Assembly: GCA_051362555.1 (NCBI GenBank)
Contig: CM120649.1
Coordinates: 8,432,001 to 8,496,000 of the forward strand
Direction of reading: 5' to 3'
DNA: 64,000 bases
Source of the DNA: Lingula anatina
Lineage: Eukaryota; Animalia; Brachiopoda
In this document: one piece after another, positions 9,712 through 21,700 of the stretch
How the letters are laid out: every line of letters starts with the position of its first letter
Position numbering within the stretch: the first letter of the stretch is position 1
Translations under genes and position numbers: made by a program
Notes under the pieces: model-generated
Databases searched by the model: none
What the model was told of the DNA's origin: nothing
Seen by the model: the letters and a program-made list of their open reading frames with translations, nothing else

Positions 9712-12700
9712 GTAAGTTTTTCATGCATATCTGACCAAAGAACAAGGTTAATTACTGTTACCGCCGAATTATTCTCTCTTTTTTTCTCTCTCTCTCTCTC
9801 TCTCTCTGGCTTCGCCTTTGGCTTTCGGTTCTTCAAATAATATTTAGATAGAATTTACTCTTATTTTCTGTTCTGAAGTAGAAATGGTCGGTAATCTTGG
9901 ACAATATTTCTCCATCATGACCCTTCATTTATTTCTTAATAGTACATACCCCTGTTAAATACCTGCAGTACAGTAATATATTTAAAAAAACACTTGATTG
10001 CAGTGAACAACAAATTAGTACCGGTAGTTTCACTTTGTCAGATATTAAACAGCAATTGCAACATCAGTATTGTAGAGTTAAATAAACTTCAGTGAAACAT
10101 GGCATTTACAGTGCAAAGTGAAGATTGACATATAATATCAGATAAACATGAGGGGGAGGGGTGTCTGGGCTGACAGGGATAACTGTATCTGATGGGAAAT
10201 CCAAGCAAGTTTTTAACTCTAAGCTTCCTCTCATTATTCAGCAGTGATATTCCTCACATGAATAAACACTGTTTATTGAAACGAAGGACAGCATTTTTAT
10301 TCTTGTGGCACCTCCCCTAACACACCTAGCTAGCAAAAAGTCAGCTTTTTATGACTGTCATTCAGGGGACCCATAACCTTCCAGAGATGATCTGACACTA
10401 TCACATGATGTTACATACTGCTATCTTATCATATCCCTCAGATAAAGGCACTTGTGGAGGCTTTAAGTGTGCCATCAAGGACAATCTATAGTTCATAATA
10501 TGTGCTGTATTTTGGGGGCACCATGTTATTGCAATCTATATACTAATAATAATAAGCACCTTTTACAATTACTTAGGCTGCTTCTGATTATACATATTTG
10601 TCACAAGTCAGGACTGGCTACAGCTATTGCTGTGACTTAACTGTGGCATTTAGGGTAAGGTAACACCTCTGCTGCCTATCTATAGTGTCCACCAGACACC
10701 TTAATGATCTCACTGATGTAAAGGAGGCTGGGTAATGACCCTCAATGGCCAGACTGGTCAAGTAATGACCCACACGACACCTCTTATGTTTCATATGTAT
10801 ACAGCCCATCTACATTGAGAAACGAGAACTGATGTGTAGAAAGTTTTGGTGTAAGATTCTGGCAATTATCATGCAGACTGTCAGAGTTTAGAATTGTCAA
10901 AAAGTAAGGAAGAAATTTTGTCTTAACAGGTGTTTACTAAAATAAGATTAAAATCAATGCAAATTGAAAAAATTAAAACCTTCTAAAAAGCACCCTTCTT
11001 CATCCATTCTTTCTTATTGCTTATGGCATAGCAATGATAGCAAGCAATATGAAGTTGGAACACTTCATTTCCACAAATCTGTAATCTAATCATGAATGCG
11101 GTAGGCTCATCATACCAGATAAGAGTAACTCCTAGTAAGACCTAGATGAAACAGAATTAAGGTACCATGTGTAATCACCTATGGTCAACATCCAAAGAAC
11201 ACTTTGGCTGATCCAAGGTTTAAGGTAGTAAACAGTTTATTTTTTTCATATTCAAATCAGTTCAGACCACAGTGTGTTAACTGGGCCTTCATGAATAGCT
11301 TGTAAACTTTTCTGTTGACATTGAGGTAATTTGAGAGTGACTTGGCAGCATTCCTGCCTGTATTTAAGAACCAACCATAGGTCCACATACTGTACAGAAA
11401 ACATTTGTAAAGGAGATGCAGTTTGTATTTTTTGTAAGAATGGATTTTACTTTTTAAATGTGAATTCACTTCTGGATATTGATTCATGTAAGACTTAGAC
11501 TGGGTTTTTCTCCAATTTGATATCAAAAATGCATATCGAATATGTAAAGAATGAGTAGCAATACCTTGTATTTTTAATTTGATAAATATTAAAATGTATT
11601 AAAATGTTCAACCTATAAAAGAAAATAGATTGAAACTCAGAGAAATTATTTTTAGCATGATTAATAATGAACAAGTTCCAAGTTTGTTGGCTGTGAAAGT
11701 TCATGTCTGTCATGTGCATCAAAAACCTTCAAAATTGATATCTATGTAACTGTAGCAAGAAAATCAGAATTGCGACAGAAAAAGTTAAGGTTTTAGATAT
11801 TATGATTAAGTTTGAGTCAGTTTTCTGAATGCTGACATCTTAAAAATGATCTTTAATTCCTCATGTGTTTTTAATTTACGATCCACTTAAATTAGACATA
11901 ATTTTATGCACACTCAGAGTGGAAAGAATAGCCAATACAGCAAAAACAAGTGGAAGACATAATTGTCATTATACAGCAATGCATTAAATTATCATCTCTG
12001 GTGTGGTTTTACCTTGGTTTTAGTAAAATAATCAAAATATGCCTTAGGTGCTGAGATAGAGAAGAATATTTATATTTGCTGACACTTTCTCCAAGTTGGA
12101 CTCTACATACTTTCCAGACACCCCTCCCCTAGCTATGGTCCTTGGAGATGGAAACAATTACTAGAAATCTATCAATAATTAATGTCTGCCCCCCATCACA
12201 GCATGCAAATGTTCCATCATTTGGCCCTCTGGGACTGATTTATCCTTAATTAATTGTGCGGTGCTGTGGTATTGCTGCAGTAAACAAGATATATATATGT
12301 GACCAGCCTGTCCTGCATATAGACAAGTATAGGGCCAGCCTGAGTGTGCTGGGTATGTCATGCATTATATACAGTAGTAAGGTAAAATGATAGCCAAGGC
12401 ATGGGACTGGTATTTACACCATTGAAAGAATCCACACAGCTGGCTTTACTATTATACTTCTTTGGATCTTTATTTTTTCCCTGCTTTACACTGAAATATT
12501 TCATTGCTAGTACTCTCATGGATAATGTTGGCTGAAATCATTTCTAAATATTCAGTCAGTTGACTTTATGTCATTGAAAAGAAAAACTTGTCAAAAACTT
12601 GCATGATCTCATGAAGTGTCTTTTGGTTGACACTTGTTTAGCTTCTGTATTCAAGTCATCAGTGTGATATGGGAAAATGCAGCAAAGTAAAATACTCCCT

Positions 12701-15700
12701 TTAAACAACGTAACATTTTGAACATTATTTTGAAGATGTAACAATAGAAAAGTGACATTTTTGCTTTCATATTGTGATTCTTGGGTGGTGGTGGTAGGGA
12801 AAGGGGAGCAGTCGAAGGAAGGAAAAATTGGTAAAAAAAATTGCCAAAACATTTTTTATTTCTATGACAGTATTACACCTGGTGAAATATTAATTGAGGA
12901 GTATGATGAAAACGTTAATTTATGATTTTGTTTTCATATCACCTCAACAGTTTGCTTCCTGGTTGATATCCCAGAAGAATGTACAGTGTAACATATTTAG
13001 TGTGAGCTGTTGTTAATTATGATTGATACTGCTATTGTTCATGATGATACTGCTATTGTTCATGATGATACTGTTGTTGTTAATGATGATACTGCTATTG
13101 TTCATGATGATACTGCTATTGTTCATGATGATACTGCTGTTGTTCATGATGATATTACCATTGTTCATGATGATACTGCTATTGTTAATTATGATACTGC
13201 TATTTGCAGGTAGTGAAGATATAGTAAACGGCAACCTCAAGTTGATCCTAGGCCTGATATGGCACCTCATCCTCAGATACCAGATTGGAAAGACCAAGTT
13301 TCCACCAAAGAAGCTCATGTTGGCATGGTTACAGGCAGTCATCCCAGAATGCAACATTCGCAACTTTTCTTCAGATTGGAATGATGGAATAGCTTTAAGG
13401 TTTGGAAATTGCGTTTCTGCTTATTTTTTCTCCTGTACATATTTATCAATATATTTTTAATGAATGTTGTATATAAATATAAATATGGAATCTAAAACCC
13501 AAAATGTGAATTTTTTTTTTTTTTTAGTCAATTAAACTAGTGAAATTAGTTTCATGTATAAAGAATGTCATCACTTGGTCAAAATCACTAATATCAGCCT
13601 TTCAACCTGTATATAGGCGGCTCAAAAAATTAACAATTTCAAAGTTCAATTACTTCAAGAGTTTCAAATATATTGCAGTGAAATGTTGTCAAAAAATAGT
13701 TTTTAATAAATGCTTAAAATTTCTCCACTATTCCTTTCCAAGTTATGGCCCATTAAAAAAAAATGAAAATCAAAAGTGAAAAAACTGCCAAGCCAGTCTA
13801 TGCGACTTCCGAAGGATGCCAGTGTCTGGCAGTTTTGACACTTGTTGATGTGTTTTTGAACTGATACTTCAGGGTTGACCAATTATCAATAATGTGTCAA
13901 AAATCTGTACAAAATTTCAATTCAAAAGCTTGTAAACTGTTGAAGTAAGTATTGAATTTTGAAATTAGTAACATTTTTATGAGTCACCCAATATGTGATT
14001 AAAAATTGAATTTAGATCCAACAGAAGTAATGGATATTTTCTCTAAATTAAAAAAACCCCTTCAAATTGTGAAGGCCTCATTTGTTATTCCTGCAGTACT
14101 GTACATTTTAATATTTTGTCTACGATCCATAATTTAGTAGTAGAAAAAAAATTGTGCTTGTTATTCTAAAGTGGGTTGAAGAGGAACAGCAGTGTATTGA
14201 TCTGTAACAGTGAAAATTGGGGGAAAGCCCAATAAAATGACACATTTTTATAAAGATAGATTAAACAACTCTTTCTCCGCATGCCATTGATATTTTAACC
14301 AGTTGAAAGTTAGTAAAGTCTTGACCAACAAGTCACCCTATAAGGTAGAAAGAAAAGGGTGTGGCAAACAATAAAAAATGAGCCTACTTGCGAAATAATG
14401 GGTGTGTCACCTTTAAAACATTATCTTTAGATTGTAAATATGTCTTTACGTATCTATCTCCTATGATCAGTACAGTAATAAATGTGGTATTACACAAAGA
14501 ATGATACATTCCATTCTTATGGTAATGCAGACATTTGTAATGAGGCCTGGTGAATGTGAGCTGACATCTTGCATGAAATAATAAGAGGATTACTTTTTGC
14601 TAACAAAGATCAGCTCTTATTCAAATATGTACAGCTAGGTGAGGGTAGCCATATTGGCCCTCATTGTCCCCATCATATTGTATACAAAGCTTGCATCTAC
14701 TCTGTACTAGAAGCTGGCTGGTTGGTGAAATTAATCCCATGTAAAAATTTGTGCAGAACAATAGAAAAATTGTCACAGGCGTAACTGGTAGAGGGTAGCT
14801 CACATGCTCAGCAATCCCAATTTTTTTGCAAACTTCAGAAACTATGATATAAAGAGTAAAGGAGAAAAGCTGCAACAAGTTGATCTAAATAACAGTAACG
14901 TTACTGTTCTGTTTGTATAGGATATAGATAACAGCAAGGATGACACCTCAGCAATGATTTGCCTTGTGATATGTTTACAATAAATGATAAAATATTAGGG
15001 ACTTACGGACTAGCTCGAGTCAGCTATATATCACAGTGACAGTAAGCATAAACAGGGCGTGGCAACAGACAAACAACTGGGTGGAGAGCAATCTCATTTG
15101 TAATGAATATCTTTCCACAGAATAATTGATTTAATTTTTTTAGGTGAGGGGGTCATACAAAGCAAAGTGTAAAGCTTGTAATGTGAAAAAACTTGAGCTA
15201 GAGTTAAGTGACAGGCCACAGAAAAGTGTGACAGTATATGTAGTACTAATACATAAATGAAGTCTATTAGTTAGGGGAGGGACATTCTAGGTGTACAGTA
15301 CATACACTGGGAATTGAATTAACTCTTGGTGTTATATAAACCATTAATGTGAGAAGTCATCTTGTTGATGGAGTATGTTCTTAAAATGTATGGTCTTACT
15401 GAAAGGTAACTTGAACAATGTATAGAATGTGATAAATAGAATTTTTTGTGTAAGCAGAGTGTATTTGTGTTCGGTAAGATCATGTATACATATGACGTAT
15501 GTTGCTTGGGGTTATAAAAGGGGAAGTAGCTGTCATGACAAAAGCTAGTTAAGGGACCATTGCCACAGATATTTGGATCGATCTATCTCCCTGGGGAGTC
15601 TCACTAAATTGCTGTCAACTTGACCGGCTTAAATGTCTCACACGCCTAGTAAAAGCTGTTAGGGGGTAATCATCTTTAACCCTAGCTGATTCGGTAGGCG

Positions 15701-18700
15701 TGACAGACATTTAAGCCTCTTGAGCTGATAGCAATTTAGTGTGCACCCCTAGGGAGTTAGATCGATCCAGATGGGTCGATCTAAATATGGGAACCCAGTC
15801 ATAGAATACCATTTTTTCCTGCTTGTTTGTGAAAAGTGTTTCTGAAGTTAAAGACAGACATATACCTTTAGGAAGCACGAAGGTTAAATCTATTTATTTA
15901 GATCTCAGGTAGATACTACTGATTACAAATTTAAAGTAAACATATTTTCTCACTTATCATTTAGCTTAAGTGCGCGTGTTATAAGTGCGTCTCCATACAT
16001 TGTGAAGTTTTTATAGTTCTTCAGATATGATATCATGAACAAGCAAACATTCTCCTGATAATTCTGTTTTGCAGCTTTTTAAGTTGTATATCATATGAGA
16101 TTTACTTTGGGACCATTCAGAATGAGAAGAGCTGAGTGCTAGCTGGTCCACGGCCTAAATATGGTAGACCTACATGAAAGGAAGTCAGCTTAATCCTGTA
16201 ATGGTCTCTCTGCCTCTTTCACGCCTCCGAACACATCGTCCCTGCAGGGGCACAGTAATTAAATCTCGTCTCAATTCGACCAGTTTTGAATTAAAGACTG
16301 AATGAAACTAGAGGATCAGAGAGGCGATACCGCCTCCGAATATTGTACCACCAGCTGGAGCAAGCGCATTCGTATAGACCCCCACATACACAAAATAAGG
16401 GGTGCAGCCACCAGTCTTGTGCTTGACAAGCTGTAAAAATGCAATCAACAAGAATTTTCAAAATATGCAAAAAATATATATAACTAAAAATGGTGCAATC
16501 AAAGTTAAGTTCATTGTAAGGTAGGTCAAAGGTCAATTTCAAGGTCACAGTAAATTGCCAGTATATGACTTCCTATCCAACTTCAATAGTAACTATGGAC
16601 CTATCTCTGCCAGTTTTGGAGATAAAAGGGAAGCAAAATTTGCAAAGTTCAGTTCATGGTGAAAAGTAGGTCAAAGGTCAATTTCAAGGTCACAGTAAGA
16701 TTGCCAGTATATGACTTCCTATTCAACTTCAATAGTAACTATGGACCTATCTCTGCCAGTTTTGGAGATAAAAGGGAAGCAAAATTTGCAAAGTTCAGTT
16801 CATGGTGAAAAGTAGGTCAAAGGTCAATTTCAAGGTCACATTTAGATTGCCAGTATATGACTTCCTATTCAACTTCAATAGTAACTATGGACCTATCTCT
16901 GCCAGTTTTGGAGATAAAAGGGAAGCAAAATTTGCAAAGTTCAGTTCATGGTGAAAAGAAGGTCAAAGGTCAATTTCAAGGTCACAGTAAAATTGCCAGT
17001 ATATGACTTCCTATGCAAGTTCAATAGTAACTATGGACCTATCTCTGCCAGTTTTGGAGATAAAAGGGAAGCAAATTTTGCAAAGTTCAGTTCAAGGTGA
17101 AAAGTAGGTCAAAGGTCAATTTCAAGGTCACAGTAAAATTGCCATTATATGACTTCCTATTCAAGTTCAATAGTAACTATGGACCTATCTCTGCCAGTTT
17201 TGGAGATAAAAGGGAAGCAAAATTTGCAAAGTTCAGTTCATGGTGATAAGTAGGTCAAAGGTCAATTTCAAGGTCACAGTAAGATTGCCAGTATATGACT
17301 TCCTATTCAACTTCAATAGTAACTATGGACCTATCTCTGCCAGTTTTGGAGATAAAAGGGAAGCAAAATTTGCAAAGTTCAGTTCATGGTGAAAAGTAGG
17401 TCAAAGGTCAATTTCAAGGTCACATTTAGATTGCCAGTATATGACTTCCTATTCAACTTCAATAGTAACTATGGACCTATCTCTGCCAGTTTTGGAGATA
17501 AAAGGGAAGCAAAATTTGCAAAGTTCAGTTCATGGTGAAAAGAAGGTCAAAGGTCAATTTCAAGGTCACAGTAAAATTGCCAGTATATGACTTCCTATGC
17601 AAGTTCAATAGTAACTATGGACCTATCTCTGCCAGTTTTGGAGATAAAAGGGAAGCAAATTTTGCAAAGTTCAGTTCAAGGTGAAAAGTAGGTCAAAGGT
17701 CAATTTCAAGGTCACAGTAAAATTGCCAGTATATGACTTCCTATTCAAGTTCAATAGTAACTATGGACCTATCTCTGCCAGTTTTGGAGATAAAAGGGAA
17801 GCAAAATTTGCAAAGTTCAGTTCATGGTGAAAAGTAGGTCAAAGGTCAATGTCAAGGTCACAGTAAGATTGCCAGTATATGACTTCCTATTCAACTTCAA
17901 TAGTAACTATGGACCTATCTCTGCCAGTTTTGGAGATATAAGGGACTAAATGTTATAATTTTGGAGTTACCATAATGTGCCATAAATTGCCTACAGAAAA
18001 AATTAATTAAAATAAAGAAAAGGTCATTTTGGTCAAAGTTCTTGAAATGGGAGGTTCTCTGAAGTTGCAGAAGTTTAAATTTGATAAAATAATGTCATTT
18101 TTGACCACAAGTTGTCTGCTTTGCCAAGCATTATGTTTTATTTTTCCGGAGTTCAAAATTTATTATCCATTACCGTACTGCACATTTTTACAGAAGCCGA
18201 CTGGTGCCATATGTTGAAAAAAAAATTATCTCGAAATTTCGAGATAGCATTTTTTTTGTTCAAATTTCAAAATACTATCTCGAAATTTCGAGATAAATTT
18301 TTTTGCTCAAATATCAAAATGCTATCTCGAAATTTCGAGATAATTTTTTTTTTGTTCAAATTTCAAAATGCTATCTCGAAATTTCGAGATAAAAATTTTT
18401 TTTGTTCAAATTTCAAAATAGTATCTCGAAATTTCGAGATAATTTTTTTTTCTACATATGGCACCAGTCGGCTTCCGTACATTTTCCTTTCACCACCAAT
18501 ATGTACTTTCTGATACAGCGTAACTCGAAAACCGTATGGAATACAAAAAAAACCGAGACCACCTCCAGTGTTGGGCTTTACATGCTCTACAAAATGCAAA
18601 AAAGAATGGGTCTCTAGCATTAACGGTTCCCGAATTAGAGACAGTTTTCAGTTTCGGTATCTTATGGCCGCTACTCCTGTGAAAATGCACCGATTGACCC

Positions 18701-21700
18701 CAAATTCACGAAGATGAAAGATGACCTGAAGGGTAACACTTTCCAATAATATTATTGGTTAAGTCTGTGTGGCGTCTGAATAACAGGGCAAAAAAATTTT
18801 TTTTCGTAAAAAATTTCATTTTTTTGAAAATTTTGACCCATTTGACCTTGAAGTAAAGGTCAAAGGTCAAATCCGAGGGTATATTTGAAATCTACACATA
18901 TGACTTTTGGAAAGCCGTCTATAGAAATTTTTCCCGTAACTCCTTCTGTAGGGTAGATAATTAGCATTTAATTTTGCCATTTTTAGACAAGGGTGCATTG
19001 CAATGAGTGCCACACCCAGACCCCAATACCGACAAAGCCCAAATTTTACGTGGAACGAGTTGAGATTATAGGTGACCTAAATCCATGAGATGGGTACGGG
19101 GGCCCTTACCGTCTAGGAGGAGAAGCGGTAACGGTAACATGGCGGCGGAGCCGGCGGAACGGACCGGACGGGACCGAAACCATGTGTACCGCCAGCGCTA
19201 ACGCTGGTGGTAAATTTTTTTTGTTCAAATTTCAAAATAGTATCTCGAAATTTCGAGATAATTTTTTTTTCTACATATGGCACCAGTGGGCTTCCGTACA
19301 TTTTCCTTTCACCACCAGTATGTACTTTTTGATACAGCGTAACTCGAAAACCGTATGGAATACAAAAAAACCGAGACCACCTCCAGTGTTGGGCTTTACA
19401 TGCTCTACAAAATGCAAAAAAGAATGGGTCTCTAGCATTAACGGTTCCCGAATTAGAGACAGTTTTCAGTTTCGGTATCTTATGGCCGCTACTCCTGTGA
19501 AAATGCACCGATTGACCCCAAATTCACGGAGATGAAAGATGACCTGAAGGGTAACACTTTCCAATAATATTATTGGTTAAGTCTGTGTGGTGTCTGAATA
19601 ACAGGGCAAAAAATTTTTTTTTCGTAAAAAATTTCATTTTTTTGAAAATTTTGGCCCATTTGACCTTGAAGTAAAGGTCAAAGGTCAAATCCGAGGGTAT
19701 ATTTGAAATCTACACATATGACTTTTGGAAAGCCGTCTGTAGAAAATTTTCCCGTAACTCCTTCCGTAGGGTAGATAATTAGCATTTAATTTTGCCATTT
19801 TTGGACAAGGGTGCATTGCAATGAGTGCCACACCCAGACCCCAATACCGACAAAGCCCAAATTTTACGTGGAACGAGTTGAGATTATAGGTGACCTAAAT
19901 CCATGAGATGGGTATGGGGGGCCTTACCGTCTAGGAGGAGAAGCGGTAACGGTAGCCGTCCGGCGGAGCCGGCGGAGCCGGCGGAACCGGCGGAGCCGGC
20001 GGAGCCGGCGGAACGATCCGGACGAGACCGAAACCATGTGTACCGCCAGCGCTAACGCTGGTGGTACAATTAAGTAGGTTGGGGTGCTGTTTGGGTCATA
20101 AATATCTTCATTATTGTACCACCAGCGTTAGCGCTGGCGGTACACATGGTTTTAGTCCCGTCCGGTCCGTTCCGCCGGCTCCGCCGGCTCCTGCGGCTCC
20201 GCCGGCTCCTGCGGCTCCGCCGGCTCCGCCGCCATGTTACCGTTACCGCTTCTCCTCCTAGACGGTAAGGGCCCCCATACCCATCTCTTGGATTTAGGTC
20301 ACCTATAATCTCAACTCGTTCCACGTAAAATTTGGGCTTTGTCGGTATTGGGGTCTAGGTGTGGCACTCATTGCAATGCACCCTTGTCCAAAAATGGCAA
20401 AATTAAATGCTAATTATCTACCCTACGGAAGGAATTATGGGAAAAATTTCTACAGACGGCTTTCCAAAAGTCATATGTGTAGATTTCAAATATGCCCTTG
20501 GATTTGACCTTTGACCTTTATTTCAAGGTCAAACGGGCAAAAAATTTTCAAAAAAATGAATTTTTTTACGAAAAAAAATTTATTTGCGCTGTTATTCAGA
20601 CACCACACAGATTAAACCAATAAAATTATTGGAAAATATTACCCTTCAGGTCATCTTTCATCTGTGTGAATTTGGGGTCAATCGGTGCATTTTCACGGGT
20701 GTAGCGGCCATAAGATACCGAAACTGAAAACTGTCTCTAATTCGGGAACCGTTAATGCTAGAGACCCATTCTTTTTTGCATTTTGTAGAGCATGTAAAGC
20801 CCAACACTGGAGGTGGTCTCCGTTTTTTTGTATTCCATACGGTTTTCGAGTTACGCTGTATCAAAAAGTACATATTGGTGGTGAAAGCAAAATGTGCAGT
20901 ACGGTAATGGATAATAAATTTTGAACTCTGGAAAAATAAAACATAAGGCTTGGCAAAGCAGACAACTTGTGTTCAAAAATGACATTATTTCATCAAATTT
21001 GAACTTCTGGAACTTCAGAGCACCTCCCATTTCAAGAATTTTGACCAAAATGACCTTTTCTTTATTTTAATTAATTTTTTCTGTAGGAAATTTATGGCAC
21101 ATTAAGGTAACTCCAAAATTATAACATTTAGTCCCTTATATCTCCAAAACTGGCAGAGATAGGTCCATAGTTACTATTGAAGTTGAATAGGAAGTCATAT
21201 ACTGGCAATCTTACTGTGACCTTGAAATTGACCTTTGACCTACTTTTCACCATGAACTGAACTTTGGAAATTTTGCTTCCCTTTTATCTCCAAAACTAGC
21301 AGAGATAGGTCCATAGTTACTATTGAAGTTGAATAGGAAGTCATATACTGGCAATCTAAATGTGACCTTAAAATTGACCTTTGACCTACTTTTCACCATG
21401 AACTGAACTCTGCTAATTTCTTTCTCTTTTAACTCCAAACCTGGCAGAGATAGGTCCATAGTTACTATTGAAGTTGAATAGGAAGTCATATACTGGCAAT
21501 CTAAATGTGACCTTGAAATTGACCTTTGAACTACTTTTTATCATGAATTGAACTTTGCAAATTTTGGTTCCCTTTTATCTCCAAAACTGGCAGAGATAGG
21601 TCCATAGTTACCATTGAACTTGAATAGGAAGTCATATACTGGCAATCTTACTGTGACCTTGAAATTGACCTTTGACCTACTTTTCGTCATGAACTGAACT

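Larger units (their letters stand above)
16305..20073 (-). mobile_element. Helentron-associated non-autonomous element (HINE/DINE-1-like), left copy
   Basis: Read on the minus strand: TT + 5' subTIR ATTGTACCACCAGC with partner IR GCTGGCGGTACA, GC-rich microsatellite, core, 146-bp tandem array, 3' subTIR GCTGGTGGTACAA, hairpin GAGGCG-GTAT-CGCCTC, then CTAG+TTT. Confidence 0.75.

Noticed and set aside
13010-13209. Repetitive ORFs (DDTAIVH, MMILLLF, NNSSIIM)
   Set aside because: Products of the 21-bp minisatellite; only 13210-13399 is coding.
18227-18441. Palindromic 20-bp repeats with about 29-bp gaps resembling a CRISPR array
   Set aside because: The spacers are near-identical to each other, there are no cas genes, the context is a eukaryotic intron, and the array lies within TIRs and a TSD.
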